NCBI GenBank assembly: GCA_964565945.1
Contig: CAZMGY010000025.1
Location: 1-32,000 of the forward strand
Reading direction: 5' to 3'
Source: an uncultured bacterium
GTDB lineage: Bacteria; GCA-001730085
DNA: 32,000 nt
Shown: one piece after another, positions 9,480-16,638 of the stretch
How the letters are laid out: every line of letters begins with the position of its first letter
Position numbering within the stretch: position 1 is the stretch's first letter
Translations under genes and position numbers: made by a program
Notes under the pieces: model-generated
Database searches by the model: none
The model's input: only the letters and a program-made list of their open reading frames with translations
What the model was told of the DNA's origin: nothing

Positions 9480-10106
9480 TCACACTTCATTGTCGCCATC
9501 TTTCCTCAAGCTCTTCAAGTATCTCTCCAGATCCTCCACGGTATCAATATCGTACCAAGGTCTAAGCTCTTTAAAACTTAGGTTAAGTTTGTGTATGCCA
9601 GCCAAGGTTTGTGCAAAAACTCTCTTTGAACTCCATTCAATCGAATCAAACAACGCTTTATCATAAAACTTAGCCTGTACCCCTATCAAATAATATCCCC
9701 CATCTTCTGTTACGCCAATCACAACATTTTTATTTTTTAAGTGTTCATTAGCCAAATAAATCTGTTTTACAGGTAAATCAGGACTATCGCTTCCCACAAC
9801 CATCACACTTTGGTACCCTTGATTGATCACATAACGAAAACACGAATGCAATCGTTCACCTAAATCATGACCCTTTTGCTCTAACACATGTTGAGCACCT
9901 AGCCACTCCGTCCAAATGTCTGAGGATGAATTTGGAGTATGACAAAGCCATACATCGGCCGATACATGTTGAATTTTTTGCCAAAGGACCTCAACAAAGT
10001 GCCGATAATACATCAAAGCGCGATTATCGCCTATCGACTTAGCCAAACGGGTTTTGACCTTACCTAAAACAGGTTCCTTAACAAAAAATAAAAGAGCTGT
10101 CGTCAC
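9480..10106 (-). CDS. DUF2064-type transferase-like protein (transferase 1, partner of the radical SAM/Cys-rich gene)
   Basis: Motifs seen: LLFFVKEPVLGKVKTRLA, GHDLGERL, VVGSDSPDL, EDGGYYLIG, IEWSSKRV and YDIDTVEDL. The GTG start has an AGGAAGG Shine-Dalgarno sequence 7 nt upstream. Confidence 0.72.
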   Translation of the reverse strand: MTTALLFFVKEPVLGKVKTRLAKSIGDNRALMYYRHFVEVLWQKIQHVSADVWLCHTPNSSSDIWTEWLGAQHVLEQKGHDLGERLHSCFRYVINQGYQSVMVVGSDSPDLPVKQIYLANEHLKNKNVVIGVTEDGGYYLIGVQAKFYDKALFDSIEWSSKRVFAQTLAGIHKLNLSFKELRPWYDIDTVEDLERYLKSLRKDGDNEV

Positions 10107-10207
10107 AATAGGCCTTCCTAAGACGAAGACTTAAGTTGGTATATCCTCCAACGCAAATCCTTACGATTGTTCAGAGGGACATGGGGCGCTATATACGAAA
10201 ACAAAAC

Positions 10208-10297
10208 CTAAGCATAGTCGTCATCTTTAAGATCGGCATTCCCATAAAGAGCCGTCGCCATAATCGCAAAAAACAACATAATAACGCCTAATCTCAT
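10208..10297 (-). CDS. Candidate 29-codon small hydrophobic protein, translationally coupled to the radical SAM gene
   Basis: The ATG at 10297 overlaps the TGA of the upstream gene (ATGA), and AGGAG lies 7 nt upstream. The product is MRLGVIMLFFAIMATALYGNADLKDDDYA. It is below the ORF-track length cutoff. Confidence 0.3.
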   Translation of the reverse strand: MRLGVIMLFFAIMATALYGNADLKDDDYA

Positions 10298-11262
10298 AAG
10301 GTCGCTCCTGTACAACTCGATCCATAACCAGCCGTGCAACCATAACAGTAAGATCCAGTCACAATTTCATATTTGCTACGTATCACTTCATCCAAATTGT
10401 TCACTGTCATCACTCGACCATTCGAATCACGTATGGGCTGTTTCTCCTGTTGATTAAAATCACAGTGATACAAAGTTCCGTGCCAATCAACGTTGATCAA
10501 GGAACGGCACATAACCGCTTCTGCTACTTTAGTGTTAAAATGATCTGCTAACAGTTGTGTGTACGACTCTAAACGACCTTCTTTGCGCAAAAAATGTTTA
10601 AAACGACCGACTGGCAAATTAGCCAAAGCAAACAATCCCGTAAACTCTATGTCATATCTATCCCGCAATTCCTTGCGGTAGTGATCTTCAAGAATATTCT
10701 GTGGACTAGGTAAAAAATCTCCCGAAGGATTGTAAACCAAATAAAGATTCAAATCACAACCATAACCTCTTTGGTTCAATTGCCTTAATGCTTCAATGCT
10801 TTTATCAAAAACACCCTTCCCTCTTTGTTCATCCACCGTTTTTTCTGTGTAACAAGGCAACGACGCCACTAAAGTAATTTTTCGCTGAGCGTACCATTCT
10901 GGTAAATCTATCATCCCTGGTTCAAAAAAAACAGTTAAATTAGTCCGTACCATCACTCGATTCATGTAGGGTTGAGCTTGATCGACAAATGTTTGAAAGT
11001 TAGGATTCATTTCGGGAGCCCCACCCGTTATATCTAGGCAATCAATTTTATGCCTCATTATAAATGCAATGATGTTATCAAACGTGTCTTGTTCCATATT
11101 ATTGCGACCATTAGGGCTAGCAGTAACATGGCAATGAACACAGGTCTGATTGCAAAGGTTCCCCACATTGATTTGCAAAGTTTCAATTTTCTTAGGAACC
11201 ATTAAAGAAGGGTCAATAGCAAGCATGGTTTGGCGAAAGGCCTTCACTCCAGTCATGGACAT
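10294..11262 (-). CDS. arsS: Radical SAM/Cys-rich domain protein, ArsS-like
   Basis: It has the CNQTCVHCH radical SAM cluster motif and the C-terminal CYGCTAGYGSSCTG Cys-rich tail typical of the ArsS/TIGR04167-type family. The track start (11265) is TTG; I prefer the ATG at 11262, which has GGAGG 9 nt upstream. Confidence 0.8.
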   Translation of the reverse strand: MSMTGVKAFRQTMLAIDPSLMVPKKIETLQINVGNLCNQTCVHCHVTASPNGRNNMEQDTFDNIIAFIMRHKIDCLDITGGAPEMNPNFQTFVDQAQPYMNRVMVRTNLTVFFEPGMIDLPEWYAQRKITLVASLPCYTEKTVDEQRGKGVFDKSIEALRQLNQRGYGCDLNLYLVYNPSGDFLPSPQNILEDHYRKELRDRYDIEFTGLFALANLPVGRFKHFLRKEGRLESYTQLLADHFNTKVAEAVMCRSLINVDWHGTLYHCDFNQQEKQPIRDSNGRVMTVNNLDEVIRSKYEIVTGSYCYGCTAGYGSSCTGATL

Positions 11263-11588
11263 CAATAACAGCCTCCACTCAAAACAAGCTCTTCACTTGC
11301 TACAACAACAGGCTTACAGTCAAAATTCAAGGTTTCATCTGTTGTTCTTCATGGCGATAAGATAGCTAATTATTCCTTGGTCATATTCGACACCCATCAC
11401 GGGACCCTACTAATTTGGAGGCTAAAAACATATCTCACTGTTCCACATCCTAAATCAAGAACAATAAACCCCTGCATTGCTAAAGAAAGCGGTGAAGCAC
11501 AATCATAAAAATGACCCAAAACTTCGTCATCAATCATTTTCAAAAGAGTTTTAGGGTCTTCCAGAATGACATCACTTAAACAGCACCC
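11262..11588 (-). pseudogene. arsM: Arsenite S-adenosylmethionine methyltransferase (ArsM/AS3MT-like) remnant
   Basis: A single frame reads GCCLSDVILEDPKTLLKMIDDEVLGHFYDCASPLSLAMQGFIVLDLGCGTVRYVFSLQISRVP*WVSNMTKE*LAILSP*RTTDETLNFDCKPVVVASEELVLSGGCY*. This matches the ArsM blocks CC..., EVLekFYGCGSP, VLDLGCGsGrDvy and GvDMT. There are internal in-frame stops at 11397, 11370 and 11349. Only about 109 codons remain, and the terminal TGA overlaps the arsS ATG. Confidence 0.6.
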
Positions 11589-11612
11589 TTATGTTGAGGG
11601 GAAGTTTAAAAT

Positions 11613-11987
11613 TTAGTAATGCTGATGAGCTCCATCATGATCGTGCATCGCACGCTGAGCGTCAATGATTGAATGATATTTTTTAATTACATTAGGAGCG
11701 GTGTATTTCTCGGGATTGCTTTGAAACATACTCAACTGTTTTTGTGCAGGAAAATAGTAGGTTTCCCCCTTGTATTGTGCTTGAAATTTAGGATTCCCCT
11801 TCATGACATGTCCCATTTCGACCACACATACTGCACAATGGCCTTCCAATGCTACGTTATCTTTGTGTTCAACTTTTTTTTGACGATGGTCATCATTATC
11901 AAAGTGACCATAGCCTCCTCCCGAAGCCATCAAAATATGCCCCCTCATGCTCAGCCCTATAACCATCAATAACATAATTTTTTTCAT
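11613..11987 (-). CDS. Secreted His-rich YHS-like domain protein
   Basis: I prefer the start MKKIMLLMVIGLSMRGHILMA, which has a GGTGAGGG Shine-Dalgarno sequence; the track start at 12035 lies inside the sigma gene. The core GHCAVCVVEMGHVMKGNPKFQAQYKGETYYFPAQKQLSMFQSNPEKYT resembles YHS/TRASH metal-binding domains. His-rich stretches are GHFDNDDHRQKKVEHKD and MHDHDGAHQHY. Confidence 0.6.
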   Translation of the reverse strand: MKKIMLLMVIGLSMRGHILMASGGGYGHFDNDDHRQKKVEHKDNVALEGHCAVCVVEMGHVMKGNPKFQAQYKGETYYFPAQKQLSMFQSNPEKYTAPNVIKKYHSIIDAQRAMHDHDGAHQHY

Positions 11988-12015
11988 AATACCCTCACCA
12001 TTTATCACGTTAACA

Positions 12016-12603
12016 CTACTCTTTCCCCTTACCAAACCCCTCTAGACTCAAACAATCTCTTAAACGGGCTCTTGCACGGTGCAACAAAACCCACAGGTTG
12101 GTCGATGAAATACCTAAAACCTTACACACCTCTTCCGAACTGAATCCATCTACTTCCTTCATATAAAAAGCACGCGCTTGTTTATCTGGCAATACCGACA
12201 AAGAGTTTTGTAAAGTTAACCAAAACTCTTTATTCTCGGTCAACTGCGCTGGATCAAAAAACCATTCCGAAGAGGGAGTCTTCCATTGTCCATTATTTTG
12301 AAAGAGCTGAGCCAGCCACTCATCGTTCTCCACAGCATCTGTGCTTTGATACTTTTGATTTTTACGGATCAAATCTACAATTTTATGCTTCAAAATTCCT
12401 GTTAACCAGGTAAACTCCGTAGATTGACCAGCAAAATTATGCCGCGATTTAAGTGCTGCTAAAAAGGTTTCTTGCACAGCATTTTCCGCATCAGCCCGAT
12501 TCTTCAAACGAGACAAAGCAAAATAAAACAAGCGCTTTCCATAGGTATCGACCCACAAGTCGGGATCAATAGGCTCATGTTTCATATCCTTAGCCGTTGA
12601 CAT
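12016..12603 (-). CDS. ECF-type RNA polymerase sigma-70 family factor
   Basis: Region 2 is AENAVQETFLAALKS...IVDLIRK. Region 4 is the HTH SSEEVCKVLGISSTNLWVLLHRARARLRDCL. The protein is 195 aa. Confidence 0.9.
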   Translation of the reverse strand: MSTAKDMKHEPIDPDLWVDTYGKRLFYFALSRLKNRADAENAVQETFLAALKSRHNFAGQSTEFTWLTGILKHKIVDLIRKNQKYQSTDAVENDEWLAQLFQNNGQWKTPSSEWFFDPAQLTENKEFWLTLQNSLSVLPDKQARAFYMKEVDGFSSEEVCKVLGISSTNLWVLLHRARARLRDCLSLEGFGKGKE

Positions 12604-12689
12604 TCTCCATCTCCATGCTTCTTATTTACCCCTACGTGGTCAAATCCTTGCTCCTAAAGATTACATCTTTTGAGCAAAAACACGAATGT

Positions 12690-12698
12690 ATTATACCA
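12690..12698 (-). promoter_or_regulatory. Candidate extended -10 element (TGGTATAAT) upstream of the ECF sigma gene
   Basis: The minus strand reads gatcaTGgTATAATacattc about 90 nt upstream of the sigma ATG. No convincing -35 was found. Confidence 0.3.
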
Positions 12699-12863
12699 TG
12701 ATCGGTAACTCATTTTAAATAAAGGATATTAAACCATCTAATTTATCTAGCTTGATTAAGCGAAACAGAATTAAGACAATTCAAGAACACCAAAGGCTCT
12801 TGTTCATATTAAGAGTAATTCAAAGTAACAATCACTCCAAATACCCATTTCGTTCAAAATTAC

Positions 12864-13034
12864 CTAGATTTTCTTATAGTTTTGTCCCGTTTGGAGCAAA
12901 CGGCTTTGTTCAGATAAAGCCAAAACAAGTTTTTTCTCTGTAATGAAGCCACACTCCAAAGCGATTTGTCCAAAGTCTTTTTTACAAAATGACCAGATAT
13001 TCCCAAGTTCCCCTTTTTTTGTTAAACTGCACAA
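12864..13034 (-). other. Short frame with a GspE-N/T2SSE_N-like repeat motif; possible gene remnant or small ORF
   Basis: The TTG-initiated frame reads LCSLTKKGELGNIWSFCKKDFGQIALECGFITEKKLVLALSEQSRLLQTGQNYKKI*. After the stop it continues VILNEMGIWS, echoing the repeated lGeiLve.G.it.eqL..AL motif. It has no ATG and no Shine-Dalgarno sequence. Confidence 0.2.
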
Positions 13035-13121
13035 AGTTGCTTTTGCATTAAGGTCTTAGCATATTTGCAGCAAAAAAAGCAAAACTAACATTTTGACAAT
13101 CAAATACAAGGATACAGAGTC

Positions 13122-13535
13122 ATGGTTTCTACCGAAAATATTGATTTGGATTTCATTTTTGATAAACAAAGAGAACTCAACACACGCATTGAACCCGACC
13201 TCTACGAAAAGATGTCCGACCCAGACTTTCGTCGCCGTTGGTTTTTGAATTACACCTTAGCTTTGCAACAAGAAATTGCCGAAGCCATCGATAGCACACA
13301 ATGGAAGTGGTGGAAAAAAGGCGAAGATGACTGGGACAACATTAAAATTGAACTGGTCGACATGCTTCACTTTTGGATCAGCATGTGCCAAGTAGCTGGC
13401 ATGGATGCTCAAGAAGTTAAAGAGCTTTATCTTAAAAAAAACCAACTCAACCACACCCGTCAAGATCAAGGTTACAAAGAAGGAACCTATCAAAAAGTTG
13501 TCAATGGTCAAGAAGATAATCAAGCTCTTCTTTAG
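13122..13535 (+). CDS. All-alpha dimeric dUTPase / MazG-like NTP pyrophosphohydrolase
   Basis: QRELNTRI...LALQQEIAEAIDSTQWKWWKK...ELVDMLHFWISM matches the dimeric dUTPase (dUTPase_2-type) pattern. It is the only clear + strand gene within the first 30 kb. Confidence 0.7.
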   Translation: MVSTENIDLDFIFDKQRELNTRIEPDLYEKMSDPDFRRRWFLNYTLALQQEIAEAIDSTQWKWWKKGEDDWDNIKIELVDMLHFWISMCQVAGMDAQEVKELYLKKNQLNHTRQDQGYKEGTYQKVVNGQEDNQALL

Positions 13536-13921
13536 AGATTAAAGACCTCTTTAACCTTATTGCGAATGATATCACGGACTTGGGCAAACTTTTCTGGATC
13601 CATGTGTTTAGGATCTGGTATGCCCCAGTCTAAGCGGTTTTTAGCTCGCACCACTGGACACGCATCCTCACAGCCCATAGTAATGGCATATTCATACTTG
13701 ACCTGAGGAATCTCATCAAGTGATTTAGACCCCTGCATACTCAGGTCATAGCCTACTTCGGCCATCGAAACAATTGCTTTGGGATTAACTTTTCCAGAAA
13801 CTTTTGAACCCGAGCTAAAAATCTCCCAGCCTTCAGGAGCTAACATATGCGCAAAGCCTTCAGCCATTTGAGAGCGACACGAATTTTCAACACAAATAAA
13901 CACGACATACTTTTTATCCAT
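13532..13921 (-). CDS. arsC: Arsenate reductase, LMW-PTP (thioredoxin-coupled) type
   Basis: It has the VFICVENSCRSQMAEGF P-loop (CX5R) and a downstream Cys pair (MGCEDACP). The protein is 129 aa. Confidence 0.88.
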   Translation of the reverse strand: MDKKYVVFICVENSCRSQMAEGFAHMLAPEGWEIFSSGSKVSGKVNPKAIVSMAEVGYDLSMQGSKSLDEIPQVKYEYAITMGCEDACPVVRAKNRLDWGIPDPKHMDPEKFAQVRDIIRNKVKEVFNL

Positions 13922-13923
13922 TA

Positions 13924-14097
13924 CTATATCCTTTCGTTAACGACAAGAAGCTCCTGAACGTATACACAAACAGCTTTGTCTTTTCTAATTAAATTTTTGT
14001 TAGTACTTGTTAACGTTGGATAAATCACATCTTTAGAAAATTTGGCCAAGCGCTCCAAGACCTCCCAAACACACTCATCCCAAGACAATATATTGCC
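13924..14097 (-). pseudogene. Possible truncated ArsR-family HTH remnant directly upstream of arsC
   Basis: The 57-codon open frame reads GNILSWDECVWEVLERLAKFSKDVIYPTLTSTNKNLIRKDKAVCVYVQELLVVNERI*. It aligns loosely with the ArsR core LS..gElCVcdL...L..Sqp.iS.HL..L...GLi..rK.G..V.Y. The N-terminal ~45 residues and key residues are missing, and the stop lies 2 nt before the arsC ATG. Confidence 0.35.
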
Positions 14098-14116
14098 TCA
14101 CGAGCTCTATAAAATC

Positions 14117-14797
14117 CTAGACTCGTATCGCTCGCAACATATGATGCTTACGAGGAGATCCTTGCAAACGCTCTAAAGAAAAACCCACCTCTTTCAATGC
14201 CTGCTTCACCGTTCCACGTGATGCATAGGTCACCACGACACCTCCTGGTTTCAGGGACTCATAGATGTTACGAAAAACATCAACCGTCCACAACTCTGGC
14301 TGAACACCTGGAGAAAAGGCATCAAAATAGACAAGGTCATACACGTTTTTTTCCATAAAAAACTCTAGCAAAGATTCTTGTTTTTTATGAAAAGAAAAAC
14401 GATCCGACAAAGAATGTTCAATCCCCCAGGAGCAATAATGCATCTTATCAAAAACCTCTTTGTTAGCAACGTCCAGCTGCAACAATTCCCAATAGTTCAG
14501 CGATTGATATTGCTCCATTGTTAAAGGATCTATTTCGAGAGTTGTATAATCAACATGCCAATGAACCTGTGCCAAGCTTTCCAAATAGGTTAAAATCGCG
14601 TTCAAACCTGTTCCAAAACCCATTTCTAAAATCGAAAACTTGCTTTGCTTTTGAGCCATATAGTGTAACCCACTAGAAATATAAACATGTCGTGATTCAG
14701 CAATGGCCCCAAACCACGAATGATAATACTCATCCATATCGGGCAAATATATCGTGTAAGAACCCTCTTCTGTTTTGAATAATTCTTTACGATTCAT
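14117..14797 (-). CDS. MnmC-type (DUF752) SAM-dependent tRNA mnm5s2U34 methyltransferase domain protein
   Basis: Motifs seen: YHSWFGAIAESRHVY, ILEMGFGTGLNA, VYFDAFSPGVQPELWT, TYASRGTVKQALKEVGF and PRKHHMLRA. Confidence 0.75.
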   Translation of the reverse strand: MNRKELFKTEEGSYTIYLPDMDEYYHSWFGAIAESRHVYISSGLHYMAQKQSKFSILEMGFGTGLNAILTYLESLAQVHWHVDYTTLEIDPLTMEQYQSLNYWELLQLDVANKEVFDKMHYCSWGIEHSLSDRFSFHKKQESLLEFFMEKNVYDLVYFDAFSPGVQPELWTVDVFRNIYESLKPGGVVVTYASRGTVKQALKEVGFSLERLQGSPRKHHMLRAIRV

Positions 14798-14806
14798 ATA
14801 TTTCTA

Positions 14807-16084
14807 TTACACTGACGATGATGATTCCAAAAGAGCATCGCTCTCCTCGGTCTCTGAACTCACTAACGATTTAGGTCTTTTTTCCAATTGAGCAACATTG
14901 TCAACATCACTCTTCGAGGATATCCCCAAATCCTTGAATTTACGAACCGAAACCAAAACCCGACTTTCCAGGCTGGCAACGGATTGATTAAACGCGTCCG
15001 TAGCTTTTTCAAGAGACCGCCCCACTTTGCTATAATGGTCGACAAATTTAGCCAACCGTTCATACAACTCAGCACCTAACTGGCTGATTTCTTGGGCATT
15101 ATGGGTCAGCTGTTCTTGACGCCAACCATAAGACACAGCTCGTAATAGTGCAATCAAAGTAGTTGGTGTTGAAATAATCACTTTCTGATGAATCCCATCT
15201 TCAATCAGGTTCTTCTCGAACTCCACCGCCACGCTAAAAAAAGATTCCCCAGGAATAAACATCACCACAAAGTCAAGACTTTCTTCGAATTGATCCCAAT
15301 AAGATTTCTTGGCCAACCGTCGCATATGGTGCACCACATGCTGCGCGTGTCTCCTTAAACATTGCTCTTTTTCTTCGTCACTTTCAGCCTCTAAAGCCTC
15401 TAAATAAGCCTGCAAGGGCACCTTAGCATCGACAACAATCTTTCGGTTGTCAGGTAAATGAACCATCATATCGGGTCGCAAAAGCCCTTCGCCCCTATTC
15501 ACCGTCGTTTGTTCATAAAAATCACAATGCTCAATAAGTCCTGCCAACTCCGCAACACGCTTTAGAGTCATTTCTCCCCACCGCCCACGCACCTGAGGTT
15601 TTTTTAAGGCAGAGACAAGGTTGCCTGTCTCTTTTTTGAGTTCGCGATTACTTTCTAATAAAAAACGCAACTGTTCTTCCAAGCCACCATACGTTTTTTG
15701 CCTTGTTTCCTCTAGCTTTTGGTTCTGCTCTTCAACCTTCTTCAACATATCCTGAATTGGCTGAACCAGATGGGCAATGCTATCCTCTTTTTGATTCAGC
15801 TTACCCTCGGCTTTGAGCAAAACCTTTTCCAAAGACGACTGAGCCATTTGCATAAACACAGAATGATTGCTCTCCAATGCTTTTTGGGACAAAACTTTAA
15901 AAGTATCACCTAAGGCATTTTGCATATCAGCACTGCGTTTATATTCTTGTTCGAGATTTTTAAGAGATGTTTCTAGCTCGATTTGAGTCTTCAAGTATTG
16001 GTGTTTCTGCTGAATGAAACGCCAATAGGCAATGGCCGAAGCCACAGCAAAACCCAGTAAACAATAAAGCCAAGATGCCTTCAT
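14807..16084 (-). CDS. rmuC: DNA recombination protein RmuC
   Basis: It has an N-terminal TM segment, a long coiled coil, and VVDAKVPLQAYLEA, MFIPGESFF and ISTPTTLIALLRAV motifs. I prefer the ATG at 16084 (GGAGG 7 nt upstream) to the track TTG at 16120. Confidence 0.88.
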   Translation of the reverse strand: MKASWLYCLLGFAVASAIAYWRFIQQKHQYLKTQIELETSLKNLEQEYKRSADMQNALGDTFKVLSQKALESNHSVFMQMAQSSLEKVLLKAEGKLNQKEDSIAHLVQPIQDMLKKVEEQNQKLEETRQKTYGGLEEQLRFLLESNRELKKETGNLVSALKKPQVRGRWGEMTLKRVAELAGLIEHCDFYEQTTVNRGEGLLRPDMMVHLPDNRKIVVDAKVPLQAYLEALEAESDEEKEQCLRRHAQHVVHHMRRLAKKSYWDQFEESLDFVVMFIPGESFFSVAVEFEKNLIEDGIHQKVIISTPTTLIALLRAVSYGWRQEQLTHNAQEISQLGAELYERLAKFVDHYSKVGRSLEKATDAFNQSVASLESRVLVSVRKFKDLGISSKSDVDNVAQLEKRPKSLVSSETEESDALLESSSSV

Positions 16085-16146
16085 AGCCACACCTCCATCT
16101 ATAGGCTTTAGTGGCGTCAATCACATATTTGGCAATTAACATCCCT

Positions 16147-16545
16147 TCAAGCAAAGGATAAGAATTTTTTCCCTAACAAGAACCGATCCTTGTAAGTTTC
16201 AGGCTCACCTTCGGAATCATTGCAAACCAGGTACTTAACCAGAGCTTGCTCACCACGCATATCACTCCATTTGACAAAAGCCAGAAACACAGCTCTTCCG
16301 CGTCCACAAAGGCCAGTTTTTTTGATTTTTTCAATCACTTATTCCAGGCTCATGCCCCACACACGCTTAATACCCTTAAGCCCCTTTGTCAACGCCCTAT
16401 TATAACAAAGCCTACCATCCAATCCAATTAGAAAATAAAGTCCTGCTCCAACAGGAGCCTGTGGCATTAACTGTTTGTGATGCAAAATGGGAAGCACCTC
16501 CTTGTCGGAAAACAGGGTCCCCTTTTTTTTGTAATAACCATCCAA
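16147..16545 (-). pseudogene. NuoF/HydB-family (51-kDa NADH-binding flavoprotein subunit) N-terminal remnant
   Basis: The two track ORFs are in one frame, split by an in-frame TAA at 16339-16341: ...LDGRLCYNRALTKGLKGIKRVWGMSLE*VIEKIKKTGLCGRGRAVFLAFVKWSDMRGEQALVKYLVCNDSEGEPETYKDRFLL. This matches SGLRGRGGAGFPTGlKWsfm....YlvcNaDEsEPGtfKDR. It stops after about 130 of roughly 420 codons. Confidence 0.75.
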
Positions 16546-16638
16546 AAGAAAAAACCTCTGGCTTGAATAAGACTTTTATGATCATAGGGTTGATAGGTCA
16601 TCTTTCGATTTAAAAAAACGATAAACACTCAAAAAGAG

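Noticed and set aside
10294-10330. Selenocysteine in the ArsS-like C-terminal Cys-rich tail, or read-through of its TGA
   Set aside because: The position that is Sec in some family members is a normal Cys codon here (GSSCTG). The terminal TGA is followed two codons later by TAG, and no SECIS-like hairpin is evident.
11349-11399. Possibility that the in-frame TGA codons in the arsM and amt remnants reflect a reassigned genetic code (TGA as Trp or Gly)
   Set aside because: Many intact genes here terminate at TGA at the expected protein ends (ileS, lgt, the dksA-like gene, GT2, arsS-like, pmbA). The remnants also contain TAA stops, deletions and frameshifts. Standard code plus pseudogenisation fits better.
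12752-12943. 63-aa TTG-initiated plus-strand ORF in the sigma/dUTPase intergenic region
   Set aside because: It has a TTG start without a Shine-Dalgarno sequence and a low-complexity, basic translation. The opposite strand carries the more interpretable GspE-N-like remnant.
13532-13535. Convergent 4-bp overlap of the dUTPase-like and arsC stop codons (TTAG) with no intervening terminator
   Set aside because: It is real in the sequence, but it is probably just compaction. No structure or motif suggests a regulatory role.
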